NCBI GenBank assembly: GCA_900128585.1
Contig: LT642154.1
Coordinates: 1-62,211 of the forward strand
Origin: Stramenopiles sp. TOSAG23-3
Lineage: Eukaryota
DNA length: 62,211 bases
Direction of reading: 5' to 3'
Shown: piece by piece, positions 22,385 to 35,098 of the stretch
How the letters are laid out: every line of letters begins with the position of its first letter
Numbering within the stretch: position 1 is the first letter of the stretch
Notes under the pieces: model-generated
Database searches by the model: none
What the model saw: the letters and a program-made list of their open reading frames with translations, nothing else
Told to the model about the DNA's origin: nothing
Position numbers and translations under genes: made by a program

Positions 22385-23789
22385 GTTTGTTGTGTATAAA
22401 AACGTGAAAAGTTCCTGTTCGGGCAAAAATATAACACCGCGGCAAATTTGCACTGATTCAACTGCTACTTGAGAATTGTACCATGCGTATACGTCTACTG
22501 TCGTTTGATGAATTTGTGCACCATTCATACACACATACATAAAATGTGGCGCGAGGCGGAATGTGCGAAGAAAAGAAAGAGAAGCAAGAAGATAGAAGAT
22601 GATGTAGGTAATATAAGAACAGGTACATACCATTGCAACCTGACTCACAGACTCCTCTCCTTTTTTGGCTTTATTGAAGTATTCGCTATTACTTGGTATT
22701 AGCTAAGCTAAAATAAAGCACCAGTTTAATTAGTCGTCTTCGTACCTTTTTAGTAGTAACTTTAAATAATTCTTCATTCAATATAATGTAATAATAAATA
22801 TTTTTTGTGGTCAACTTTCGTCATTATGATAGTGTTGAAACATAGGATTAAATAATAATTTGATCTATTTGATACACCTATTAGTCTCCTATTATTAATA
22901 AAATAATTTATAATAAATACCTTAATAAAAAATAAATAAATTATCGAATACAATGAATGGTGTATGGTGTTCTTTTCATTTATTACAAATTTATTGTATT
23001 CTAATAAACTGAATTACTATATAATTAATACGAATACATTATATATAATTTTATTCAATATATGAATATTTATCTATTATTCTTATTAAATATCTATATA
23101 ATTAATACAAACAATAAGTATAATATGTCCATAAACTTTGAAGAGAGGGAGGAGTTTTCAAAAAAAAAAACTAAAAATAGATTTAGAGATTAATTAAAAT
23201 TCGACCGACCTGCTCTGTTTATTATAATAGATTTATAATAGATTTAATAAATAGAAGAAGAAATTTCTATATTTTAAAACAAAAAACATCATCAAAGAGG
23301 TAGACGACTTATACACATAATAATAAGAGAAGGGAAGGTCGGAATAGAAGAAGAAGAAGAAGAAGAAGAAGAAGAAGAAGAAAATAGAACCTTATTATTA
23401 TGTATACTATTATTATACTGTAATACTACTATATTTAGTATAGTAGTGCCAATGATGGAAGATTATAATAATAATAATTTATTCACTTCTGGTAACTCTT
23501 TTTTAGAGAAAGTGTTTTCTTCATACTATTGTATAATTAAGACGACTGAATAGAAACGAAATTAATGTTAATTTAGAGAAAAGAAAAAGATGGGGTTTAA
23601 ATTAGTGCGTTTCAACGTAGTCTTTGTACGGTGGGAGAAGCATTATTTGATTGAACGTTTTTTTCACTACCGGCGACCGGCGCAACGCAGCCATCTTTCT
23701 GCTGTATAGAAAAATAACCCCTGTTGGTACCGGAGGCGCTGCCTTTTTCAGACGATAGACCGTAACCTTCCTTGCTCGCTCTGACAACC

Positions 23790-26700
23790 ATGCTGGGTTC
23801 TAGTGGTATAGGGGCCTTAGGGTCGACGAAAACGATGTCGAAAAGTGAGGAGGAAAAGTTAAAGAATGCGTTGCCGCAGTGGCTGGATGATATGCGAAGT
23901 GATTTGATGTCCAGCCCAGAGTGGCAAAACCTCACGACTGTAGTGTACCACTCTGTCCAAGACCGCCTGAAGCAAAACCACATTCAGTTCTTTTCTGACC
24001 TGAACGACATCGAGAAAACGCTGTTTATAGATGAAGTGGAGCGATCCCTGGCTAACGATAGCATATACAAGGGGTTCCAAGGCGTCCTGAGCCGTTCCCT
24101 GGACGAATCCCTGTCGAACAAAGTTGAGGAGGAGCTGTTGACGTCGGGGAGCAGCAGGGAGAACAAGGTCACCATGATATTGGACCGTGCTGCCGAGGGG
24201 GCGACGAAACTGCTGAGGCGACTGCCGAATGAGAAAAGCACTTTGCGCATCATGCTGAACCACGAACTGCCCGGACCCCTGAGGCGACAGGCGTGGGGCA
24301 TGTTCCTTGGCCACCCGGAAGCACGAAAAAAATTCGATCGGGACTTCCTCCAGTCCCGCATGTCCACCATTTCAGAGCAGGACGCAGACATTTCCAGCAA
24401 ATGCCAAGTTATGATAGACACGAAGTTTTGTGAGATCGACGGCCACCGGACGGGGACGCTGATATCACTCATGAAGACCACCCTGTCGTACTACGAAGTC
24501 CTGACGCAGAGGGATTTGGACGACACGTACTACTACCTCGCGATCCCATTGAGCTACGTGTGGTGCTCCACGTTTACCGAAAGCGCCGCCGTGATCGAAG
24601 CGTTCATTGCCCTGATGGAAATGCCTCGTCCAAAGTACATGAGTTCCGTCATGGACGTTCTTTCGGCCACGCTGAAGACCCACGACGGGGACCTGTACGA
24701 ACATATTGCACAGATCAACGCAACTTCCACGACATCGATCTCCGGAGTGACCACGGACACGTTCCTTGCGAATCTGTTGAAGAATGTTGTCCTTCGCATG
24801 TTTGTCGGGACGTTGTCCATGCCAGTGTGCTGCTACGTGTGGGACCAAGGCTTGCTTCTCGGGTCATTCGAGAAAGTTATACCCAACTTTGCCGTTACCT
24901 TGATGGTAGTGCTGCGCGAAAATTTGCTGGCCTCTCCGACCCCGGCGCAGCTGCAGCGCACAATTGATGTGCACTCTCAAACCGTGGAACTTCGCAACTT
25001 CCAAGGAGTCGCCGAGCGGCTGTTCATGGACAACGTGCGGACGAAGTTGGGCATCAAACGTGACTTTGCCGGGGACTTGTTCGAGGCCGTGGATTACGAA
25101 AATAGACAATTTGATAGAGGCGTTCCGGGGCTGGATGGTTCTATGGATTGGGACAGTTTCGCGCTTGCGTCGTCTGGATCTCCGCGCAGCCCCGTGCGGC
25201 GTCGAGCAAACAATATTCAGCTGTTGCCGCAGCCGCAATCCGTCAGCCCTTCGGCAAAGGGCCGAGGTACATCGTCCAACGCCTACAAAGTAGAGGACAA
25301 CTTGACGACGAAAAAACGGTTTGACGACCACATGAGCGCAAAGGCCAAACGACGGGAGGAGAAGGAAGCCGCCAAGATGAAGAAAAGGCGACAGCATGCG
25401 GTAGAGGATGCAGAAGAAGCGCTCGCGATCGCCGAAGAGGAAAGGGAACAAGAGCGTCACATGACCAATTTGGCGCAAAAGAAAGCCCTGCAGGCTAGGC
25501 GAGAACAGTTTGCGGCCCATCGTCGTGAGCGAGAAATGGAACTGAGAATGACGGAGGCAGCCGAGAGAAAATTAAAGGACGAGCTTCAGGGCAAAGCAAT
25601 AGAGGACGAGCGCAAGCGCATTAACGACGCATCTATGTACGACGAACATGCCGTTTCTGAGATGGAACGACAGAAGCAAGACTTAGAAGACAGGAAAGCG
25701 GAAGCGCGGGGGGATAATTTCGTGGTGCAGAAGAAGAAGTACTTGGGTGCACCCAATGCCCCGAACATGAAATTGAAATTGAAGCGGTCCGATGGCACAG
25801 AGCACAAAATATCTATCAAGGCCCTGGTGATGGGTGATACGGAGGAGGATGCGCGGTTCCGCGTTCAGCACGCTTTGGAGGAAGAGGGCATTGGAATCGA
25901 CAGAACGCCAAAAATTTTAAAGGCCCTGTACACGTTTTCAAAGCAAAAGACCAATTACAAGGCGGACTGGACGCCATCCAACCAGAGCTCTGCAAAATCT
26001 AGTCGAACCATGACACCGAACAGGTCGGGGCGAAACACACCCGTCAGGGATCCGAACAGTGTAGATACGCACGTGTACACTTTCACGTTCCACGCCGTCG
26101 ACCTAGGTTTAAAATTCCAAGAAGACCGAAGGAGCCCCGGGGCTATCGGCTGCCTCGTGAAGACCATAAAGCCCACGTCCGAGGGGATGAAGAATTTCAT
26201 GGTATGGCAAGGCGATAAAATCACGGGTGTGGGGGATTCGGATGTAAGCTCCTTTGACCTGGAAACGTTGACAACCACCCTCAAAGATGTAAAACGACCC
26301 GTCACCCTTAAGTTTACCAAGCACAAACCTTTTCTGGGGGCTGCCAACACGCCCTCGTTTCCCTTATCTCTGCGCGACGCCCACAAGAAGAAAGTAAAGA
26401 TTAATATAAAGGCTATGGTCGCCCCGGAGCATGATGGAGACGCACAACACCGTGCCGTGTGGGTTTCCTTGATCACTGGTGCTGGAGAAGGCAACATTCC
26501 GAAAGTATACCAAAGTATTGTCGATTTTACCAAAAAGAGGGGTTACAAGGTTCCTCCAGCCCCGGAACCCGAGCCAGAGGTAGAGGTGTATGTAGATCCA
26601 AAAATGAACTTTGGGGAGTACGACGTTATCTTTGAAGAACAGAAATTAGGGATGATTCTGGACCACGTCGAGGGCAGCAAAGACGTTGTGGTGAAGAAAA

Positions 26701-27291
26701 TAGCCCCTGGGAGTTTCGCAGCAAAATGTGGGGAAATAGAGATAGGAGATGTAATAGTAATGATCCACCGTTCGAATGTTTTGGGCCAGACGACCGCAGA
26801 TGTCAAAGATTTCTTGGTGAAGCAAGACCGCCCGATCAGGTTTAGGTTCCGAAAGCAGTTCAAATCACGGGAAGATGAAGAGAAGGCAAAGAAGAAAGCA
26901 GAAGAGGACGCAAAGAAGAAGGCCAATCTTGATGAAGCACGGAAGGTGGCAGAAGAAAAGGCCAAGGCTGCTGGCGAACAATATGAGCTACGGGCACACG
27001 CCGCTGGTGGCGGCTACCCTTGCTGTCATCGAAGGTTTGAACTTAATCGCTTTTGGAGAACAAGACGAGCAGGAGCTAATCCACGAACAGATAAAGGAGG
27101 AAGACGAAGGCATTAAAGCAGACTGGGATGTAGCTGTCAAGAAACACTGGGGGGCCCCACTGAGTGAAACGCAAATTGCGGGCTTTTCCGCTGCGCAGCA
27201 AACCAGATACAACAAGATGAAACCAAAAATGATGAAAACCGCAACTGCAAATTACAAGAAACGGATGAAGGCAATAAAGAAGAAACATTGA
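23790..27291 (+). CDS. Degenerate TBC/Rab-GAP-like domain + coiled coil + two PDZ-like domains; C-terminus joined by a +1 frameshift near 26960-26990
   Basis: 'LPGPLRRQAWGMFL' and 'RMFVGTL...YVWD' TBC-like motifs; PDZ 'LGLKF...GDKITGV...RPVTLKF' and 'LGMIL...IGDVIVMI...RPIRFRF'. Confidence 0.65.
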
Positions 27292-27798
27292 AGTGAAGTT
27301 TGTGCGAGTGTGACAAAACAAAAACTAAGAGTAGGTATCATATGTGAATTTCGACATCTTGTACACATGATAAATAATAAATATCTCATCATCGATGATC
27401 TACAGCACACAACAGCAATCATTTTTTTGAAACAATCAACTACGAGGTATATGAATTATTAATAATAGACGACTTTTTGTACTAAATATGAAGCTGGTCA
27501 TACCTGGTGCCTACCCGTACCTGGGTATTATTCCTGTTCCGTACCCGTACTAATAAAGTAATTTGAATTTATACGACAACAACAACAAAATTCATCAGCA
27601 GATCCAAAAAATCATCATACATTAATTTTAATGGTTGGTCGGGCTCTGTCGGGTCAAGGCATTTATTTATATTCAAGTGTACAAAGTCTTTCTTTCAACA
27701 ATATTTCAACGATAAGATTATAAAACCAATTCAAGATAGATCACGGAATTCTGTCCTACGCAGCTAGCTTGACTGATCCCTTGAGTAAATAAATTATT

Positions 27799-30700
27799 AT
27801 GGCGTCGCTCGCCGCGGAGAGCAAGCCGTGCGACGAGGCGTCCGAGGCCTGGGACGATGGGGATTTTGAGTTTGGTACGGAGGGTAGTGGTGACGACGAA
27901 GATAGTGCTTTTAAGGACGGTTTTTCTGACAGTGATAACGATGATGAGGACTGGGACATGCTATGCGAGCCAGACGAACTCGACCATGGCAGCGTTGCAT
28001 CCCCGCCAGCGTCGGAGACGCAGAGCGACACGTCGGAGTGTTCACCCTCCGCTGTTTCCAGTTCCTTGTCCCGGTTGCGGGACATATTCTCTTCCGAGGG
28101 GAATGATTCTGCGAAAGAAGAGAACCTGCCACTGCTGTCCGTCTTACAAGAGCGCGAAGATGAGTTTGTTTCTCAGAAAAAAAAGGTGTTAGAACCGGGG
28201 GAAATACCAGAGAATGACTTAACAGACAGGACGCAATTCTTAATGTTCCAACTGCAAGATTTAAGGAAGGGCCGGGGGGCTGCCGGCTCCACCTCGAGCA
28301 GCGAGGGTGCCCTCTGCCAGACGCTGAAGGAATTGGCACTCGTTAGCTACGAAGCCAGGGACTATAAGCGCTCGGTTTCTTATTTTATAGAGCTGTTGGG
28401 GAAATACACGCTTGAAAAAAATCGGAATGAGTTCATGTATATTGTAGAAGCTATCGCCAAAATTAGGAGCTACCAAGGAAACTTTTCTGCGGGAGAGGAA
28501 GAATTAAAAAAACTAATAAGTAAGTTGCGCCGAGTCCACCAAAAAGTCAAACGGAATGCAAATGACGATATTGACGACGTTTTAGAGTCTAGAAGTCTGA
28601 TGGAGTGTATTCAGACGCTAGAAATTACCAGAGCCAGGCTATGCATGGACGGGGGGCTTCCCGAGCATGCGGCACATATTTTGCTGTCTGTCGCCTGCAG
28701 CATAGACCTCGACAATGCCGCTGATACCGACAACGGCGATTTAAAGCTTGACATTGTTCTTTTGTGGCTTGCGAAAGCGTACCTTGAGGCAGAGGCACCA
28801 AGTCGCTGCATAAGTGTGTTGAATCGAATAAAGTTTGTTCGTGAAAAAGTTGGGAACATCAGCACCAGACGCCGTCGACGGCGCAGGGCCCTGACGGCCA
28901 TGCTGTTCCAATCCCTATTTGAACCGTGCGACCCTCCTGATTACTCCCTCCTTGTAGTTCGCTACCGAGTGCTCGTGAAGGATTTTCGAGGCGCGTTGTG
29001 CTGTTTTGCTGCTTTGAAACTTCTACGGAAAGAGTCGGCGAGACAAGAGATCGCCGAGCTACAAAATACAGAAGAGGAGACTAGCGTGGGATTTGACGTT
29101 CAGCAGGAAACACTGGCCGGTGGTTTTGAGCTTGAGGGAAACATTTTGGCCCAGACAACCCTGTACGGCACAGTTCACGCTAAATTCCCAATGGTGATTA
29201 AACCGGACCTTTCTGCGGTCCGTGTCGATACCAGGGCAGAGGGGGATGAGGGCATTGATCGCTCAGAGCGTGAGAAGCGGGAAGAACGTGCCATCAAGCA
29301 AGAAAGCTACACTGTAAAAAATTGTGCCGCCGCCGTAAGGATGTGCGTAGCAAATTACCAGCGTGCGTATGATACACACACGTCCCTTGGTGACCATAAG
29401 CGAGCAATGGACATGGCACTTGCGATCGCGCGGGTCCAAACAGCAGCGCTGTTCGACGCAGTGTTGCCTTGCATGGTGCAAAACTACGAGCAAAGGAAAC
29501 AAATGGATGGCAGTCCTGAATCTCCCATAGACATTCTAAACTCTATCGGGACTGTGACTAACAATTTTGATGATATTGAACACCCGGCCATCTTCGCATA
29601 CAACCGCTCGAGGCAAATGGGCCTTCCTCTGAAGAACATTGAATGTGCTCTGGTGCTGGCAGAGTACGAGTATTTACGAGGGAACGAAGGGGGCAAAAGC
29701 GAAGCATTTTGGAAAGAGGCGTACGAACTTTTCTCTTACTTGTTCATAGATGGGGCGACAGTCCCGATTCTGCTTCAGTCACCAAAGTCTCTGACTCAAA
29801 GAATCATGAGAGTTTTTTCTAGAATTATCATGCTGTTCTTTGCTCTACCTTTACCACTGGAAAACCCGTGCCTGTATTTGCTTGACGTGTACATCCACGC
29901 ACAGTACGATGTTAGACGCCGAACGGATTTCCAGGCCATTTCGGAGACGTTGCCGGTAGTGTTCCAATACCACAAACAGCGAAGTATCAAGTTTCGCGGT
30001 CGGAGTGCGTCGGGGGACAAGAATTCCGACAGAGCCTCTTACAACCGTTGGGATTCATTTGTAAAAAACGCTGACGGTGAGGCAGTGTCCTCGGAATTTT
30101 GCTACGGGTGTTTGTTGAAAATAGAACGAGCATCTTCGATCTTGAGCAAAACAAACGCCCCAAAGGAAATATACAATGCTACCAAATGGGATCGTATGGA
30201 GTGGGCTCACGCAATGGTCTGGAAGCGCAATAGAAGTGGGCAGCCTCAACGCGATGAGCTTGGGTATCAAGATGTACTAGCGAAGGCAGTGAACAAATCC
30301 ACTGGAAATAGAATCCTTGCAGAACGTCTCCTGAGACTTATCTATTTGCTGAAAGTAGATAATTTCGTCTTTTCGTACTCACCTCACACCGGGTTCAGAC
30401 AAATTCTGTTGAGCACAGGAAAAGGGTCGAGCATTTCGCTCAAGTCGGCAAGCTCCTTCGGGAGTACTGCGAGCCTGCCGCTTTCGAGCGATGCGACCGA
30501 GAATGGGGCATTGTCGTCTTCCGACGCCGCAATACCTTACGTTCATAAACTGTCGCTGAGGGGCGACGTTAGAAAATCTTTAATCCGCAGAATTATGGGA
30601 AGCGCAAGAAAACATAGACAATGGAAACGATCTAATAGTGTGACGGAATTGTCTGGTGCCCGTAGCGAGATCGTCAAGGACAGGGGTAGTACAGAGAATA

Positions 30701-32008
30701 GGGGGGGGCGGGGATTCTTCAAACGAGCATCCGAGTGAAGACCGTGAAATGCTGACGCCCATACAAATACTATGCAATTCTTTGAAAATTGCAGAGTTGG
30801 TTGGCGGCGTCGTTCACAGCGCGGAAGATTTTCAAAAACAGCATGATATCCATGTCAGGGGAACTGATGTTGCGGAGGCACCCTCGGAGCAGAAAAAGCT
30901 TGGGTTTTTCTCGTCTGTATTTTCAAGGCGGGTGAAAGTAAGCAATGAGATTAGATCTTTGAAACCCGCAAAAGCCCCGGTTACGTTTGTGGTTAGCCCA
31001 GCATTAAGCATTATCCCGTTCGAAGACGCTTTGATACACGTCGGTGAAGACTCATACCGGTCACCGTCGTTGCTGTTTAGTGCGATTGTCTCTTTGAGCG
31101 GCGTACAGACCAAAACGGGGAACAGCAGACCTTCGCGTACCGTGTCCACCCGGCTAAAGCGTTTGCCAAAAGTCCCAAGCTTCATCGCATTCTGCTACAA
31201 GACCCGCAGACCACTAAGAATGTTTGTTACGGAAGAAATCAGGAAACGAAAAATGCTGCGAAGAATGTTTTTTGAGTTGAACCATTTGGTCCAAAAGTCA
31301 AACCCAATGAACCCAGAGCCCACTGAAATCGATGGGCCTCCCATTCAAACGCGGAGAATTTTTGAGGAAAAGAGGGTTTTCTTTTCATTTCTAGGGAGGA
31401 AATCACGGCCATTAGAAGAATTTGCGCCGTTTCAATCGCCGCTAGTAACGCATGGCCATCCTCAAAAGCATATGAACAACTCGTTGCCTGGTTTATTTGA
31501 GTTCGTGAACGGTCCGAACAAATTGAAAGACGCGGCTGAAATAGTGTCTCTCTTGGACGGTCCCACGAGCGTTGAAGGAAGAGTACCCGTTCTTTTGTTG
31601 ACCTTTGCAGACCTTTTGGAAGCCGGAGAGCCGCTGCTGCATATCATGGGATTCCGCCCAGACGTACGTATTTTGTATGTTGCCCACCAACACTACGAAA
31701 AAGTGTCAAAATTCTTGATAAAGGTTTTTGTAACCGCAAAGAAGTGCACTGATCGTGACGAAATCGTTTTGAAGAAAGAGAAAGAAAAGCTCCAAAAGAA
31801 CGCGAAAAGTTCTGGGGAAAACAGGCCAAAGAAGGACGGGGACGGCGACGACGCGGAGAACCCTGCCGACGCCGATGGCATCATTCGCCAAAAGCTAAAC
31901 TTGCCGGAGGAATGGGCGTCCCTGGACGCAATCCTGCAATCATCGCGGCAAGTGCTGATGAAAAAATACAGCATATCGACAATTCTTCAAGGCCCATGGG
32001 AAGGGTAG
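27799..32008 (+). CDS. Large helical/TPR-like protein, acidic N-terminus, possible CHAT-like remnant; +1 frameshift at the G8 run near 30701-30708
   Basis: Overlapping 979 aa and 450 aa ORFs join if one G is removed; TPR-like helices; 'FVVSPALSIIPFE'. Confidence 0.6.
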
Positions 32009-32216
32009 TAATATTTTTTTAAAGTAAAAATTAAAATTCCAGAGGTAGATTTTATTAAGCACGGCATGTAAAAAAAAAACCGTAAAGAAATAATTAAATA
32101 TTATGATATCATACTCTAAAAATAACAGGGCCAACTTTTTGTTATTTTAAATAAGAAAAGTGTTAAAAAGAAATAAAATCACAACAGTAGATATCAGTTC
32201 GCAGTACACGCAGTGC

Positions 32217-32407
32217 TTAACCAGCCTTGAGGCAAACCACGGTATCTTCTAAGAAATTGGCTTCTTTGTTCTCCACATCCGTAATAACAACACATTAATA
32301 TCTATCCCGCATTGCGCCAAACACCCACCGCTCCAGTCTTTTATTAAATGATCAATATTGCTGGTCTCTAGTTTTTCGGTTTGCCTTTTCCAAGTTCTTC
32401 TGTTTGC
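32217..32407 (-). pseudogene. Possible decayed gene 3' fragment
   Basis: Higher-GC island; one frame reads SKQKNLEKANRKTRDQQY*SFNKRLERWVFGAMRDRY*CVVITDVENKEANFLEDTVVCLKAG*, followed by the recurring 3' motif in sense orientation. Confidence 0.25.
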
Positions 32408-32474
32408 TCTGATTATATTGTAAACTTAATAATATAGATACAGCATTAAACCAGTCGGTTAAAAAATGTTAAAA
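32406..32474 (+). repeat. Dispersed ~69-nt non-coding repeat, copy 1
   Basis: About 7 differences from 37133-37200. Confidence 0.85.
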
Positions 32475-32845
32475 AAATGAAATTTTATAGACAAGCACAA
32501 TGTAATAAATCCCATATTTTCGTGTATTAAAAGCGATTATTATGTATTAATATACGTTTTTAGCTTATTATTTTAAAACAGTAGGAATACGAGAGGAGAT
32601 ATAGAAGATAGATATAATAATAGTCGGTCTAATTACTACTACTCGAATTATTAAAAAATGAAGCAACTAATCCAAATACCAATAAATAAATAATCCATTT
32701 TTTTGTAATAAAATATATTGTTGATTAAAGCAACTGCGTGTTCTAAATTTTTAATCATCTTTAATCTCAACTGTATGGATTTTTAAGGCGGGAGACCGGG
32801 GACGAATATAAATTAGACTTTTGCCCGTTCGATTTCGTCGTTCTC

Positions 32846-35098
32846 ATGTTTACAGGTGCAGAAAGCAATGATTCCGATGCTGGTGCTGGTGTTTCCAATG
32901 GCGGAGAAGGTAGACAGTCGAGTCCGACGTCTCCTATAGACCCTACTGCTAAAATAAAACAATTAGAAAAGCAATTATTAGAATCTCAGAACAAGTTGCG
33001 CGACATCGTCTACACCGTTCTCCCCAAACTTGCGTTTTGCAATGTCCCACATTTTTACGAAAAGGCCAAAGTTTCTGGGAGCGCAGTCGTTAATGCTGTT
33101 AGCGGAGGAGGGATAGGGGCCATCTCGTACGTGCGAGAAATGACGAATCAACTGACGGGAATCTTTCATGTGTACGAAGTTGTTCCTGGGTCGGAATCTA
33201 GAAACGGGGCAATTGTGTACAGGGGGGCTCGAAAGGCGGAAGGGGGGGACCCCTGTCTGGTCAAAGAAATAGCGTTAGACAATTTGCTGGAACCTCTTTT
33301 CGTAGAGCAATTAAACATTGAGATAGGCCTTCTGAGGGGGATTACTAGACACGATTGCATTGCGAACATTCTTCACATTGAACGCTACCCCCGCATCATT
33401 CATATATTTTATGACATAAGTACGGACCTAATAAAATTAAAGGATGCGATCAAATCGGTGCCAAAGTTTCAAAATGATGTCATTGCATACGCTCGGACGT
33501 TTCGTAATGTAATGAGTGCCCTCATTTTTTGCCATGACAAAAAGTATGCTCACTTGAACTTGAGTCTGGATAACATCCTGGTCCGTCCCATGAACGGATC
33601 TGCTGTATTGACTGGGTTCGAACATTGTAGAGAGCTCAACGATGGTTACTTGGTAAAGCCCTATCGCAGCATATCAGACGAGGCACGGGAAAATGTAGCA
33701 GTGCGCCACAAAAGCGAGTTCGCATCCCCAGAAGTATACTGGGGCCTGGATTGTGCTGGCGCAAAATCGGATACTTTTAGTGCAGCCCTGGTGCTGTTAA
33801 ATATTGTGTACAAAAACGCTGACGGGTTTCCTTTTCCAGAAGATGATGATAAGCAGCTAGCGTCACGGCCGTTGAAGCGGTACCATTCACTTCCAGTTGA
33901 ATGGGCCTTCTCCGTTCAATCAAAGTTGAAGTACATGATTGACGGAATATCCGACATGGAGAATTCTCCGCTGGGGAGCGAATCGTTAAAAGATATGCTT
34001 TTGAGTATGACATCCATGAACTATCATGAACGGTACGAGTCCCGTGAAGTCATGAAAGACGGTTGGATACGGGGTATTATGACTGCAACATCAAACAAAC
34101 GGAACGGTACGATTAGTCCCTCCAGCAGCCCGCAGAGCAAAACCAGCGCCTCCAAGAAATTGCGCCACATGGCGAAAACAGATCGCCCCTGGAGCCACCT
34201 GCACCTGTCACCATTAGATCGTTTTGTGCAAGCCTCCAACTACGTGCATCAGAACCGAATGTTTTTTACTTCGGAGCAAGCGCTGATGTTTTACGGGCTG
34301 TGGATGCAAAGTACAGAGGGGCCAGCATCACGGTATGGCATTCCTTACAAAACCGATGCCCGTGAGCGCCGGAAGTGGGACGCGTGGCGAAAGCATAAAA
34401 TGAAGCCACAAATATCAGCAATGCTGGAGTACGTGACCATGCTAAATGGTATCCTGGACGCAAAGAACAACGATCAAATGGATGTTTTTCAACAGCACCC
34501 TAGTGTACATCTAAGTCACATGGGTTTAAGTGTTCAGCAGGCTCAAAAAGACCCTTCGCATCGCCCCTCTAGCAGCGGGTTTACCCCGGGCATACATGCT
34601 GTAGGCAAATATCGCAGTCCCATGCATCGCCCGCAAACGGCAGGAGCAGAAATTAAGCGCCGCAATCATTCGCGATACATTGCAAATTCTAGCCAATATG
34701 GGCTTCAGAAAGTGAAAACGGGGCTGTCGCAGTCTGCCTTTGCGCATCTTGGCAGGAAGGGGGTTCCTGCACAAAACGAACAGGTGCGTTCGGGGGAGAA
34801 AAATAAACAGGGGCGATTTTTGAGCTCTCTGGGCCCGTCTAGGTTGTATGACACGTCACCTAAGTTGAATCCCCGAACAAAATTCGTCATGGAAGAAGAC
34901 CTTTTCGGGCAGAAAGCGTCCAGGGGAGGGTCACAGAGCAAGCGGGCCGGATCTAGCAGAAATGCGCCTTCGAGCAGGATGTCGCCGATCAAATTATCAA
35001 GAAATAACAAGTCGAACAAAACCCCTGGGATTAGTTTCTCTGATGCTGCTGATTTTCGAGGGGATTTTACTTCAGGTGACGGGCTCTCTGGATGGTAA
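32846..35098 (+). CDS. Protein pseudokinase fused to an acyl-CoA-binding (ACBP) domain
   Basis: Kinase fold with 'LVKEI', 'HLNLSLDNIL', 'LTGF', 'FASPE', 'SDTFS'; ACBP 'LMFYGLWMQSTEGP...RRKWDAW...AMLEYV'. Confidence 0.8.
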   Translation: MFTGAESNDSDAGAGVSNGGEGRQSSPTSPIDPTAKIKQLEKQLLESQNKLRDIVYTVLPKLAFCNVPHFYEKAKVSGSAVVNAVSGGGIGAISYVREMTNQLTGIFHVYEVVPGSESRNGAIVYRGARKAEGGDPCLVKEIALDNLLEPLFVEQLNIEIGLLRGITRHDCIANILHIERYPRIIHIFYDISTDLIKLKDAIKSVPKFQNDVIAYARTFRNVMSALIFCHDKKYAHLNLSLDNILVRPMNGSAVLTGFEHCRELNDGYLVKPYRSISDEARENVAVRHKSEFASPEVYWGLDCAGAKSDTFSAALVLLNIVYKNADGFPFPEDDDKQLASRPLKRYHSLPVEWAFSVQSKLKYMIDGISDMENSPLGSESLKDMLLSMTSMNYHERYESREVMKDGWIRGIMTATSNKRNGTISPSSSPQSKTSASKKLRHMAKTDRPWSHLHLSPLDRFVQASNYVHQNRMFFTSEQALMFYGLWMQSTEGPASRYGIPYKTDARERRKWDAWRKHKMKPQISAMLEYVTMLNGILDAKNNDQMDVFQQHPSVHLSHMGLSVQQAQKDPSHRPSSSGFTPGIHAVGKYRSPMHRPQTAGAEIKRRNHSRYIANSSQYGLQKVKTGLSQSAFAHLGRKGVPAQNEQVRSGEKNKQGRFLSSLGPSRLYDTSPKLNPRTKFVMEEDLFGQKASRGGSQSKRAGSSRNAPSSRMSPIKLSRNNKSNKTPGISFSDAADFRGDFTSGDGLSGW

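Noticed and set aside
22385-22648. N-terminal extension of the zinc-knuckle protein
   Set aside because: Non-ATG start and UTR-like composition; ATG 22384 directly precedes the CCCH finger
26940-27116. Separate 138-aa gene at 26875-27291 or recoding
   Set aside because: Frame 1 turns nonsensical as frame 2 becomes protein-like; a single-base insertion explains it and no shared slippery motif links the breaks
30695-30738. Programmed +1 frameshift at G8
   Set aside because: Long G homopolymer is a classic sequencing indel site; no stimulatory structure seen
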